A DNA stretch of 64,000 nt from positions 13,394,001 through 13,458,000 of the forward strand of contig NC_087438.1 of assembly GCF_036321535.1 (NCBI RefSeq), written 5' to 3'. Positions 13,876 to 27,064 of this stretch are shown here, one piece after another. Made by a program: the position numbers and the translations under genes. The stretch's first letter is position 1. Each line of letters begins with the position of its first letter. The DNA is from Camelus dromedarius. Its lineage: Eukaryota. The notes below the pieces were generated by a model. The model was not told the DNA's origin, did not search any database, and worked only from the letters and a program-made list of their open reading frames with translations.

Positions 13876-15759
13876 ATCAGGGTAAAACTTTTATTTCCCT
13901 CTTTGTCATTTTGATTGTGTAAATAAGATTACTTAATCATCTGCTATCATACTTCTTGCTTTATTACCAAAAAACAAAGGATGAGAAGATATGAATGTTT
14001 TTGTAATTCTATAAAAACTTCAGAGCCAAACAACTTCTGGCATAGAATGAGTTTTGGATAAACTTCATTAATTTGCAGTAACTTATGGGCATAAAGTGAC
14101 AGTGTTCAGAGAAAAGCTTTAACTTATGTTATCTACTCCATTAAAAAATAATTAAATGAAAAAAATGTGTTGTGAACTCTATTTAATAACTTGGTCAAAA
14201 CTACATTTTGTATTATTCTCATATCCCTGTCATAAACTCATAATAGGAACATAGTCACATAATTTAAAGTACATAAGTCACAGGGCTAATTTAACATTGG
14301 GGAATGGTCTGAATAGAAAGAGAAATAAATTACCAATGCAAGCTATCTTTTCCTCTGGACCAGGGAAGTTGTTCATAAATAGGACCATATATTTCAGAAC
14401 TTTGGAAAAGGATTGTTCTTTATTATAATTTGTGATTACTGAAATTTCCTATAGGATATTTAGTTGCAGTTCCATATTACATATTAATTTTATATAATTT
14501 AAATAGTAATTTATGTGTCATTATTTTTTATTGTAGATGTTATTCATAAATGCTTGTAATAGAAGCCATTTAAAACAATGTTTATCATAAGGATTTTCTC
14601 TGTTATCAGAAATACCTGCTTTTTTTGCAAAACAAGGCAGACTTTTCTTTAAGTCTTGTGGAATTAGTTATATGTGTCCTTAAATGTAAAATAAATAAAT
14701 CAAGTTTGAAGGATATTTTAAAGTGACTGCTGCTATTTAATGATTTGTATTTATTTTAAAAATTTGTTTAAAGATAATAGTAAAAAAAGAAACAAACTAC
14801 ATATATGAATAAAGCTTTTAAAACCTCTTCGATACAATTATAACAATAAATTTAGAATTCAATTGATTTTGGTTGTTGCTTATCAATACAGTGTCTGTAT
14901 AATTTTATAACATTTGTTCATAACTTTTTTGGACATATAGAAAAAGAAAAAATTTCCAGATTTCAGCTGATTAAAATTTCTTTAAGAACGAAAGTTATAT
15001 TAGCTAGCAAAATGGCTGTTTATTTTGGTTCAAATAGTTTCTTTCCAGTAGATAGCATAATTACATTTTAGAGCAAAGGCTTGCAATGACTTTCACTTAT
15101 AAATTTGCCACAGTACATATGTAATTTTAATACAAAATTTCAGATGAAAATGCAGTAAAATAAAATAAATATAATTAAGGTAATCTCACAAATGCCAGAT
15201 ACAAGTACCTATTGACTGAAGGAGTAAAAACATTCTGACAATCACTGTGATTTGGTTTCAAATGCCAACTTTAAACATCAATTACTTAAAAGGTACATTT
15301 TTAAAAGGGTGAACCAACAAATGTTGTTTTTTATTGGTAAAGTGATCAAGTTGCACCAGCAATTTAAAAGTCTGTTTCTTTTTGATGGATGATTTGATGT
15401 CCTAACTTAAATTAGATTCCTCACTAAGGAAGTAGGCAGTGGATATTCGTTAGCAACCAATGGTTTGATCATAAACTAGCAGTTTTTAATAAGTGAGAAG
15501 TTGTATAAATTCTCTTTGAAACATGAACACAAAGCAGAGATAATATATAAGTACAATTTTTTGAATTATTACAATATGCTTCATAGAACTGTTCTCAGGT
15601 TCTGGCATATCGAAAAACAAAATCATGCATGACTTTGATATGGGCAAAGTTAAAATAAGTCAGAGTTATTGTTCATATGAAAATAATGACAAAATATCAA
15701 ATAAATGAGTGCTTTATAAAGTGTCATTACATGTTTCATTCTCCCTTATTCATTTTACA

Positions 15760-16565
15760 GTAGTTATACGGAGATAGAATTCAAGTGTCATAAAATAGCC
15801 TCTTATAAAGTGTAAAATCCAGTGATTTTGACTATATTTGCAGAATTGTGTACCCATCACCACAATCTAATTACAATATTACAATCACTGTGACAAGAGC
15901 CCCAAAACCATTAGCATTCACTCCCAATTCTCTTCTCCCTCATAGCCCTTGTCAGCTGAGTTTACTTGCATCGTTTTGTTTTACCTATCATGAACACTTT
16001 ATGAAAAAAGAGTCACATAGTATTTTGCTTTTTGTATCTGGCTTTATTTTTCCACACAGCCTAATGTTTCCAAGGTACATCCACGTTGTTGCATGTATCA
16101 GAACTTTATGCCTTTTCATTACTAAATAACATTCTATCCTATGGCTAGGCTGCATTTAAGTTTATCAGTTGATTGATGTTTGAATGTCTTCCACATCTGG
16201 CTATTGTTAATAATGCTTTTTATATGTGCCATTTTCTCAGCATTTTTGTGGGGAAAAAAAGAAACTATTCTTTCTCCCATTATAGACTCCTGGCATCCTG
16301 AACAAAAAGTAATTACCCATAAATGTAAGGTTTTATTTTGATCCTTGCAGGTCTGTTTATGTACGTATGTATGTATGTATGTACGTATGTATGTATGTAT
16401 GTATGTATGTATGTATGTATGTATTTATATGTGTATATACATGCCAGTACCAAAATATTTTGATTAGTGTAGGTCTGTAGTAATAATTGAAATCTGGAAC
16501 TGGGGGGACCAACCAATTTCTTTTTTTCTTTTTCCAAGATTATTTTGGCTATTGTTTTGGGCTTC
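15760..16565 (-). mobile_element. L1MB-like 3' UTR plus ORF2 fragment with internal deletion
   Basis: tttgcagaattgtgtacccatcaccacaatctaatt and ccacgttgttgcatgtatcagaacttt, then ORF2 antisense tttttccaagattattttggctatt. Confidence 0.8.
16358..16432. repeat. (TATG)n microsatellite
   Basis: Run of tatg units with two tacg interruptions. Confidence 0.95.
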
Positions 16566-16566
16566 A

Positions 16567-16885
16567 CTGTGCCCTCTGAAAAGGTCTGTTGAAGCCCTAA
16601 TCCCTACATCACAAGTATAAATGTGACTTTATTTAGAGAGAGGGCTTTGCAGATGCAATCAAATTAAGGTCATATTCTAGGCTGAGCCGCAGGCCAATAA
16701 GACTGCTGTCAGTCCGAGAAGAAAAATGTGCAGACACACAGACTCACAGACAGAGGGAAGGTAGTTATTTTAAAAATGGAGTCAGATTAAAGAGTTATGT
16801 TACTATAAGCCAAAGAACATCTGGAGAGACTAGAAGATGAAAGAGGAAGGGAAGAATCTTTCAACAGAGGCTTCAGAAGGAGATA
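16567..16885 (+). mobile_element. MLT1 (B/C-like) MaLR LTR, 3' truncated
   Basis: tgttgaagccctaatccc...atgtgactttatttagaga...ctttgcagatgcaatcaaattaag...aagccaaagaac. Confidence 0.8.
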
Positions 16886-16899
16886 TAGGGTATTGTTTT

Positions 16900-17450
16900 T
16901 ATATATCTATTTATTTATTCATTTATTTGCTCATCTGTTCTTCCATGGTGTCATCTTTTATGCTAAATGGATAATTTCATAGAAAATTATTTTTTGTTTC
17001 TTGTAATATATTTTAAATAGTATTCTTAATGAGTGCCCCAAAGTTTTAATGAACATCTTAATATAAAGCAACTTAGTTTGAATTCATAAAAACTAACTCC
17101 TATACATGTAAATATTTTACTCCAGTAGACCTCCTTTCTCTTCCCCCTCTGTTATGCTGAACAGCTGTGTAAGCTACATTTTTGTAGACAGTGAGTCCAT
17201 CAACAAGATTTATAATTATTCCTTTACACAGTTGTTTTTAAGTCAGATAGAAGAAAGAATTAAAAACAAAAATCCACTTATGCTGTATTTTATTTTACAT
17301 ATTTGTTTACCATTCCTGACATTCTTTATTTCTTTGTATGGAAATAAGCTAATATGTAGTGTCCTTCCAGTTCTGTGTGAACCATTTCCTAAGTATTTCT
17401 TATAGGGAAGGTCTGAGAGCAATAATCACTCTGAGTTTTTGTTTGTATTT
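16900..17450 (-). mobile_element. Old L1M ORF1-region fragment
   Basis: agtatttcttatagggaaggtctgagagcaataatcactctgagtttttgtttgt resembles antisense L1M ORF1. Confidence 0.65.
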
Positions 17451-17492
17451 CTTGCCAACTCAGGTACACATGTTTTTCTATCTATACAAATC

Positions 17493-17995
17493 TGTTTTCA
17501 GTTGAATTGTACCCACAAAAATATATGTTGAGTTCTAACACCACATATTTGTGAATGTGAAATTACCCAGAAATATAATTGCTGCTGGTGTAATCAACTT
17601 AAGAGGAGATCAGACTGGATTAGGGTAAGCCCTGATCCAATGACTGGTGTCCTTATTAAAAAAAAAAAAAAAAAGAGAGAGAAATTTTCACTTTAAGATG
17701 CACAGCCTCACAGATACATGAAGAATAAGGTAGAGATTGCAGCGATGTACCCACAAACCAAAGAACACCAAGGATTGCTGACATTTACCAGAAGCTAGCA
17801 AGAGGCAAGGAAGCATCCTTGCCTAGAGCCTTTGAAGAGAAAGTTTAACACCAACAACAACTTGATTTTGTGTTTCTAACATCTACATCTATGAGACACT
17901 TCTCTAGGTGAAACATATTGTCTCATTGTTCTAGAGGTTAGAAATAAAAAATCAAATGTGGTAACTTGTTACTGCAGTCCTAAGAAACTAACACA
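17493..17995 (+). mobile_element. MLT1C-like solo LTR
   Basis: Starts tgttttcagttgaattgt, ends actgcagtcctaagaaactaacaca; near-TSD aaatc / aaata; internal ccaatgactggtgtcctta. Confidence 0.85.
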
Positions 17996-20089
17996 AAATA
18001 TACAGTTGATGCTCTCAAAATAAAGCAACTTTCTTTTTAATACACATCCCAAAGAAAGAAAAGAAACTTCATGTGCATTTGTGACATTGAGCTCTAAGTC
18101 CAAGCTGGCTTCTTTCCTCAGCTGAGTGAGGTTGCTGCTGTTTTTGGTATGAGATCTTAGAACCCAAATGAAAGTTAAATCTCCCCCAAATATATACAAT
18201 ACATAACAGAGAAAAGCAAAAAAGAAAATTGTGAATTTTTAAATTCACCTGTAGAAAAGGGAAAATGATTAAGCAACATAAAATAAGATCAATACAGAAG
18301 ACAAATTACACTCTAGATTCCCTTAAAAAGTCAGTATGATTACTTCTGATTCTGGTCTTAGATTTCAGACACAATGATTTGAGCTGGAAATGTGGGCTCC
18401 TTCTACTGTCTTCTGTAGAAGCCTTGTATGGATATATTCTAAGTGATTCCTATTCCACGTCATCCATTTTTTGCTACATTATTTCTTATTGTTTCAGGAC
18501 TATGACCAGAGGATCATCTTAGGGTTTGACCAAGAACCAGTTGTTGCTCACTCTCCTTTAAGTTTCTCTGACCCTGGAACTGCTTTAGAGCCTGGATAGC
18601 TTCTTTGAGATTTGATTTCTGTGAATTCCATTAGATTCTATTACTTCACTTCTAAAGAAAACTCTTCTTAAATTTATGGTGTATATGCATGTGTAGTCCA
18701 AGATTCTAGATCTGCTAGAATGTTACTTAACTGATCACAGACTCCTGAACCAACCAAAGTGATATAAACCTGCAATTGATCCCTCATCAAAAAGAGATTA
18801 CAATGTGCTCATCTATGTATCTACGCACATGTTCTGTTGGTGGAGATTTACCTAACTCATTTCCAAGTAACATGGCTTTCTTTTACAAAGCAACAAATAC
18901 ATTCTGGTTTGTTTCTGATCTTTTATAACACTCTCTATTTTCATTTACAAATAGCTATTTTATTGAACTGGACTATTAACTTTGTTTTAGTATCTTAGCA
19001 AATCAGTTTTCACATTTCCATTACTACAAAGCCTTAATTTCATGGCTTCCACTTTTGACTGAGACTAACTGGAATACTAGGTAGGGATGCGGAATAGAAC
19101 TCATCGGCACCCAGGCTCTAGACTCCATCCTGGAGAGAGTTAAGTCTTTTGTGAGGCAAAGAAAGCAAAGCAAAGTTTGTTTGAGTAAGGTCTCACCACA
19201 GACAATTTTCCATTTCCCTGGTTCCCCCACAGCTCTCTGCTCATTTCCTGCTACGTTTCACAGTTTGCGACTTTGTGTTTGTGTAGTGCAAAGTATTTTC
19301 TTAGATGAGAAATCTGTAGTACAGCAAGAGAAAAAAAATAAATTTGAGAATTAAAAATAAAATTAAATCTGTCAATTCAGGTGAAACTTTCCAATACAGA
19401 AAAAAAAAAAAAAAAAGTCCATGAGGAAGAAGGGGAAAAGTACTTGGAGGAGGAAAGAATAATCTCCCTTTATCTCATTCCTCCCCTGAAAAATAATAAC
19501 AACAAAAATGTTATCAAAATTATGGTGGTGATCGTATCATGTAGGACTAAGTTCCAGGTCAAACCTGTCCTGCAGATACTGCACTTCTTGTTGCTATGGC
19601 GATAGGATATAATCTTTACGTACATGGTTTTTGCCCTGTTTTGTTTTGTAAGAAAGAAACGTACCCCAAAGAAGTAAATACGGTAGGACCAAACTTTTTT
19701 AGCCCTCCATGAGGGATGATGGAAGTATGTTTAGAAGGATTTTTGTCCCTGAGAATAGTATAGAAAAAAAAGGATTTTCTATACATGCATCTCTGTGTCT
19801 TCCTGTTTGTATAGCTCTCATCTATGTGTCAATGTTAAATTAAGTTTCTGTTATTAAGGAAACATAAAGAGAGAGACTTTAGCCATTGATGTCCTCATGC
19901 ATTTCCTGCTATAGTGGGATTTAATGTTTTAATAATTCATGTGGCTGCATATAAGTGCAGGGTTTTGTTTGTTTGTTTGTGTTTGTCCACTCATTCGTCT
20001 TGTGTTGGGAAAGAAACCCTAGAAGTCATGCAGGCAAAAATGGGATATTTGGTGGACCCTCCCTTTGCTCATCACTCAAGAGCATAATT

Positions 20090-20270
20090 TGCAAACTTTC
20101 AAGAACATAAGAATCATTGAGGAATTTGGTTAGGATCTTGCAATCCCTGAGGATCTTGTTAATTGGGGTCTTCAATGTACCCTAAGATGAATCCTCCAAG
20201 TTGGATTTTATAATTGAACCACAAACATTTCAGGTGATATTTAACTTTAAAGGAGTGTGGGAAGCCTGGT
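20090..20270. mobile_element. MER5-like hAT-Charlie remnant
   Basis: caaacttt...acataagaatca...caggtgat...tgggaagcctg pattern. Confidence 0.4.
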
Positions 20271-20724
20271 TATGTGTCACAGAAAACAAGTTTTTGTCCA
20301 TTCTTTCTACCTCAGTTAGAAGAATTTCTCTTGTATAGATACATTTCATCTATATTTTTCCATTTGTAGATTGGGAAGAAATCAAGGAGGTTTCAAAAGA
20401 AGTGGTTACTACTAGTGTGTAAGAAAAGTTTGGGGAACACTAAGCTATGACACACAAATTTGTATTTTTGACACTTTTTAGTGTCTTTCCCTTTCTTTTT
20501 CAGAAAATGAATATCTGAGTCTAGTACGTTTATAAACTGTTTGAATATCTATTCATTTAAAATAAAGTGTAATGGTTCATGTTAAAAATGAAGCACATAG
20601 ATGATACATGGAAGAAACATAGCTACTGGAGATAAGTTAATTTTAATATTGGATAGTAAATTTACTTTCCCTCATAGTTACAAAAAGATATAAACTATAT
20701 CTGAAGTTAGAAGTAAAGTATAAA

Positions 20725-20935
20725 GAAGTATTTGAAATTTAAATCCAACTTAGACACTCATGAGAGTTAGGGGAAGTCAGATTAACTCTATGTGGCTCAC
20801 TATTTTATTTACTTGTATTTTGCCTTGGGACCGTGATGTCTGACCTTTCTACCCCATTAGGTTTTAGTGAGGATAAATGAGACAATGTTTTGGATATACT
20901 CTGTAGACCATGGACCGTCATACAGCAATAAACAA
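20725..20935 (+). mobile_element. MIR-family SINE fragment
   Basis: ggaagtcagattaactct...ttagtgaggataaatgagacaatg. Confidence 0.5.
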
Positions 20936-21540
20936 TGTTCATGATCTGACAAAATAAAGCACACAATCAACCTGAAAGCATACATTTAACTCTTAAGTTA
21001 ACTCAAAGAAACATCGAGATGGTGAGCTTCATGCAAGAGCCACTGGATAGCGTGTTCAATATTACCCTCAAATTTAGTTCTTAAATTGACACAGATATAC
21101 TGTTAAAAATAAATGATTCTTATATAGACTCAATAATGGTGGAGGGAACAAAGTTAAATTGAAATTCAGCGAAGGCATTTCTTTTGGAGAATGAGATTAT
21201 TCGTGCAGATGATCGAATACAGAGATTTAATACTCGGAGATGCTAAGAGAACAGAGAGCTGAGACAGTCATTCTCATATATTAGATCAAATTATCAAGCT
21301 ATTGGCAGCTGCTCAATTACAGTCAATAATTGGGCTTATATTGAACTCAAATATAAGCCCACGTCCTTGCAAGTTCTGCCTCTTGATTCAATTCCCTTAA
21401 CGATCTGCTGGCAGCAACAGTTAACATGTCAGATAGACTGTTCTTCACATGTGTTACTGGTCAGAATATATGGACTTGGAAAACATTTCAGTACTATTTT
21501 GAGACTATTCCATCCAACCTTTTGATTTTTATGTCTATAT

Positions 21541-22402
21541 AATTTTTTTTAATTGAAGTACAGTCAGTTACAATGTGTCAATTTCTGGTGGACAGCACAA
21601 TGTCCCAGTCATGCATATACATACATATATTTGTTTTCATATTATTTTTCATTAAATGTTATTGTAAGATATTTAATATAGTTCCCTGTGCTAAACAGAA
21701 GAAATTTGAGTTTTTAATCTATTTTATATATAGAGGCTAACATTTGCGAATCTCAAACGCCCAAATTTATCCCTTCCCACCCAGTTTCCCCAGTAACCAG
21801 AAGATTGTTTACTATGTCTGCAAGTCTGTTTCTGTTTTGTACATGAGTTCATAGTGTCCTTTTTTTTTCTTTTTTTCTTTTAGATTCCACATATGAGTGA
21901 TATCATATAGTATTTTTCTTTCTCTTTCCGGCTTACTTCACTTAGAATGACTCTTACCAGATCCATCCATATTACTGCAAATGGCGTTATTTTATTCCTT
22001 TTTATGGCTGAGTAGTATTCCATTATAAAATATACCAAAACTTCTTTATTTAGTCATTTATCGATGGACATTTAGGTTGCTTCCATGTCTTGGCTATTGT
22101 AAATAGTGCTGCTATGAATATTGGGGTACAAGTATCTTTTTGAATTAGAGTTCCCTCCAGGTATATACCCAGAAGTAGGATTGCTAGATCAAATGTTAAG
22201 TCTAGTTTTAGTTTTTTGAGGAATCTCCATATTGTTTTCCATAGTGGCTGCACCAAACTACATTCCCACCAGCAGTGTAGGAGGGTTCCCTTTTTCTCCA
22301 CACTCTCTCCAGCATTTATTGTTTGTGGAGACAAATGCAAATCAAAATGACAATGAGGTATTACCTCACACCGATCAGAATAGCCATCATTAAAAAGTCT
22401 AC
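21541..22402 (-). mobile_element. Young lineage-specific L1, 5'-truncated, with 5' inversion (22331-22402 on +)
   Basis: Poly(T) then aattgaagtacagtcagttacaatgtgtc (L1 3' end); ORF2 C-terminus [22 protein letters not shown]...KTWKQPKCPS in ORF 22050..22421; sense piece aatgcaaatcaaaatgacaatgaggtattacctcacacc. Confidence 0.92.
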
Positions 22403-23379
22403 TAATATTTTTAAGAAACAAAAAAGTGCCTCCGTAATTAATAGCCTGAGATAAAAGGTCTCATTGCCATGACAACCTGGTCCTTAACAAAATAATATCC
22501 CCATGCTCTTAATAGGAAAGATTTGAGTTAATGGATTATTACAGAAGCAATGTTGTTTACAAAACAATTAGATGATCAAATACATTAATTGTGACACTTT
22601 CACACTATAGTCTTTTTGTTCTGTAGTATGAAAGGTTGCAGCCTTTTCATTTGAAATACACATTGTATATCAGATCATAAATTATTCCTTCTTAGACTGA
22701 ATGTCTAAAATATTTGTAAGACAGCAATAACAAAACAAAATTAACTCAACAGCTAAAACTATATCTGGGTACTCACATATGGAATGTCTCTATTGCTAAT
22801 TAGCTAATTTATCTCAAACAACTTTTAAATAGTCGGATGCATAATAACAGACAGCAAAATAATATTTATGAAAGCATAGGTAATATAAATGTCAATAGTG
22901 GTAAAATGGTTAAATTTATTTACTGAAATATTATAAGAACATGAAAGACTTTCAAAATTTTTATACAAGATTACATTATCAATGTGTTATTAAGTGATAT
23001 AGAATTTCTCAGATAAAGCACATATAGTATAATAATAAAAGCAAAAATTCTACTAGTTACCTCTGTATTGAGAGTTTATTTTATTTTCCTCCATATAATT
23101 CTCTTTTTGTCTCAGATTTCTCTCAACAGGTTACTCTTAGAATTAGTAAAATAGAAAATATTATCTTAGAATAAATATTTTTAAAAATTTAATATATCCA
23201 AGTGCTAAAGCAGATCATACATGCACTTGAAGCTGCTAAAGATATGTGTAAGCTTACTGATGCAGTTTAACTATTTTAGATATTTTCTTAGAAAACAATT
23301 TAATACTGCCCTTTGTTTAAAACTAAAAAGTGTATTTCAACATCGACTTCTTATTAGTTTTCAGATGTAGTTATTATGG

Positions 23380-23720
23380 CTGGTGGACAAAGCACATAAC
23401 ATTTGTTATTTGTTGGGAGCATACATTGTATCTTCTTGGACAGCACCCAAATGTATAACATATTATCTTTAATTTTTGAGGGTCCATTCTTATATACCAT
23501 AAAAGCCACTCATCCATTATGATGGAGTACACAACAAATTCAATGAATTCCATGAGCATTTTCCTGTAGAATTAGTCATTTTTCTCTAAAGCAATTCTGT
23601 GGACAAAAAATGTTGCAGAATACTATGGTTGGTTAAAAGAAAATATTTGATAAAAGACATTCATCAGTGGGAGTTCTGGTAGAGGCACAAGACACAAGAA
23701 CATCAAATTCAAAACCAGAA
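23380..23720 (-). mobile_element. ERVL/MaLR internal (integrase-region) remnant
   Basis: aatgaattccatgagcat...aagcaattctgtgga...gaatactatg...aaattcaaaaccaga resembles antisense ERVL integrase. Confidence 0.45.
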
Positions 23721-24034
23721 AAAAAAGTTCTTGGGTAGTAGTCCAGTCTTCTCTCAGGGACGCTGCCACACCCACTGGTTAGAAGTTTACTACGGTCTGT
23801 TATGAGCAAAAGTCACAGAAGGACAGGCTAAGTCACTGTCTCCCAATTTTTTTCCTGAAAAGGATCTATCTACACAGTTTAAAACCTGCCTGAGGGTCAG
23901 GCTTCTATTTTCAAAACATATCTAAGGATGGTTGCAAACCTCCTCGGAGATCAGAGAAACTGGTGAACACCTCCTCCATCATCCCCTCTAACCAGCTCCA
24001 GGTCACTAGCATCTCCCTGGAAGGTGCTACCACA

Positions 24035-25860
24035 CATTGGTCTCTGCAGTAATTTTTTTTTTTTTTTTTGGACTTGACACCAAAAGCAAAGACAACAAAG
24101 CAAAAAAAATAAGAAGCAGGGCTACATCAAATAAAAACTTTCTGCTCAGCAAAGGAAACTATCAACAAAATGCAAAGGCAAACTGTGGAATGGAAAAAAA
24201 AATGCAAGCCACATTATCAGATAAGGGTTAATATACAAAATATATAAAGAATAATGAACTATTACAATTTAAAAGGAAAACATCCCAAATAACTTAACTG
24301 ATTGAAAAAAATGAGAAAAGAAACTAAATACATGTTTTTCCAAAGACTTATAAATGGCCAAAAGGCACAGGAAGGTACTCCGTGTCACTGAGCATCAGGA
24401 AAATGCAAATCAAAGCCACAATGAGACTTCATCTTATACCTGTTAGAATGGTTATCATCAAAAAGACCAGATGCTAAAGAGAATTCCTTAAAAAACTAAA
24501 AATAAACTTCCACCACGATCCAGCATTCCCACTTCTGGGCATATATCCAGAGGAAACTCTAATTTGAAAAATTACAGTCACCCCAATGTTCATAGCAACA
24601 TTATTTACAATGGCCAAGACAGGGAAGCAACCTAAATGTCTACTGACAGCCAACTAGATAAAGAAGTTGTAAACACATATATATACAATGGAATACTACT
24701 CAGCCATAAAAAAGACTAAAATAATGCCATTTACAGCAACATGGATGGAACTTGAGATTATCATACTAAATGAAGTAATATCATACCATATGATATCTCT
24801 TATGTGGAAGCTCAAAAAAAAATGAGTTTATTTGCAAAATAGAGACAGACTCACAGACATAGAAAGCAAACTTATGGTTACCAGAGAGGACAGGGATTGG
24901 GGAGGGAATAAACTGGGAGTTTAGGATTTGCAGATACTAACTACTATATATAAAATGGATAGACAACAGGTCCTACTGTATGGCACAGGGAACTATATTC
25001 AATACCTTGTAATAGCCTGTAATGACAAAGAATATGAAGAGGAATATATATATGCATAAATGAATGTACACTATGCTGTACACCAGAAATTAACACAGCA
25101 TTGTAAAACAACTATACTTTTACAAAAACAAAGACAAAAGGTTAAAAATGCTGAAGAGGATGTAGAAAAAAAGGAATAGTTGTACACTGTTGACGGGACT
25201 GTAAAATGGTACAGCCACAATGCAGGATAATATGGAGGTTCCAAAAAATTAAATTAGAACTACCATTTGATCCAGTAATCCCACCTTTGAGTATATATCC
25301 ACAAGAAGTAAAACCTTTATCTGAAAGAGGTATCTGCATTTCTATGTGCATCACAGCATTGGGCAAGGTATGGAAACAAACTGAGTGCCCACCAGTGGAT
25401 GAATGGATCAAGAAAATGTAGTATATAGACACAATGAAATATTATTCAGCCTTAAAAAGAAAGAAACGCTGTCATTTGTGACAACATGAATGAACCTGGT
25501 TCATATTAAATAAAATTAGTCAGGTAGAGTAAGACAAATTTCACACGGTATCACATACATGTGTGTGAAATCTTAAAAAAAAAAAAAGTTGAACTCCTAG
25601 AAACAGAATAGAAAAGTGGTTGTCAGGGAATTGCTGGGGAGAGAGTAGAAATAAGAAGAGGTTCATAAAAGGGTACCAGCTTTCACCTATCAGATGAATA
25701 AGGACTGTGGATCTAATGTATAACATGGTGACTATAATTGATAACATTGTATTGTATAATTGAAATTTGCTCGGAGTGTAGAACCCCAGTGTTTTCACCA
25801 AAGAAACAAACAAACAAACAAAAAGAACTCGAGGTAAATACATGAAGTGATGGATACGTT
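24035..25860 (+). mobile_element. L1MA9-like element (ORF2 3' part and 3' UTR), interrupted by a younger L1
   Basis: ggacttgacaccaaaagcaaag, gctacatcaaa; ORF 25206..25421 [18 protein letters not shown]; 3' end gatctaatgtataacatggtgactataattgataac. Confidence 0.9.
24478..25128 (+). mobile_element. Younger cetartiodactyl-type L1 3' end nested in the L1MA9-like copy
   Basis: gatccagcattcccacttctgggcatatatccagagg...gcacagggaactatattcaatacc...cagaaattaacacagcattgtaaa; host sequence aaagac(c/a)a recurs at both junctions. Confidence 0.85.
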
Positions 25861-27064
25861 AAAAAAAAAAAAACAGAAAAAAAACAGAGCAAAAAACTTC
25901 CTTGCTTTTCTGTGACAGTTTCCTAGATGATTGGCCCTGGGTGGAGTTTCCAGGATTCTACTTCTCCTTTACTTTATGTTCCTCCCTTTTATTTCTTTAT
26001 CATCCAATAAATCAAGAAGTCAATAGAACTTAAATTATCACCCTTGATTGTCTTAAATAAGAAGTTCCAAAGCTGTATTTATATAAAATGGAAGTTACTG
26101 CTTTATGATACAGCAAACTTGGAAACATTTGCCCCTGGTGAACATGACCTATATGAATCATTAATAACATGGGGGAGAACTCCTGCTAAGGAAATAAATG
26201 ATCTGCTTTCTGCAGAGTGGGAAGCACTGACTTTTGTTCACAGATGAGGTGAGAGGATCGGGCACCAAATAAGGTCACTTGAAAATAGGAGACTGTTTAG
26301 AATTTCCAGGGGGGAGATTTATTTTCCTTTATTTTTCAATAATTTCAAAAGGTCAGTGTGAGAAGCACCACCAGCCTCTGCAAACATTCACAAGAGTTGC
26401 TGCAGTGCAGCACATTATTTGAGGGAATTTGGGATGAAGGTCAAAGAAGCAATTTTTTCATTTAGTATTTGTTTCATCCTAACTAAAAATATAACATCCT
26501 AAAATTTTACTGAAAATGGTTAATGCTGTATGGAATTAGAGATATCAATGTATACACAAAAATGTTTTTTGGAAAGCTCTCTTGGCAAATGGTGAAGTCA
26601 GCACAACTGACCTCTTTCCAAGATTTTACTTCTCCCTCCAAAGACTTTACAGGATAGTAGAAACACGGTAGAGAATTATTTCCCAACAAACGACAATGGA
26701 CAGCTTCCTGTATTCAAAATTGTCAATCCTGAATGCTACATAAAAGCTTTATACTGGATCGCTTTTGCAGCTTTCTGTATTATTTCTAAATGAAAAATAA
26801 AGTCATACACTCAGTTCATATGGAGACTATAAGGTTAATAAATCATTGGTAATTGTCCCTTTTAGAGCAGGTTTGCCTTGGTACCCACATGTAATATGGT
26901 GCTTAATCTTGCCTTTAACTCGGCTGATTTGCCAAGGGAGGGCCAGCTACTTGAGATAAATGGAGACTCAGGGTCAGTGCAGAAATCTAGATAAACAGCT
27001 AACTTGGTCTATGTGTGTCTTTGAAATTGTGCTGCTGAATCAGTTCAACTTTTATTTTGAAGGC

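Noticed and set aside
16313..16567. ORF with HTYI repeats
   Set aside because: Translation of a (TATG)n microsatellite within L1
22050..22421. 123-aa ORF
   Set aside because: L1 ORF2 C-terminus fused to antisense L1 across an inversion junction
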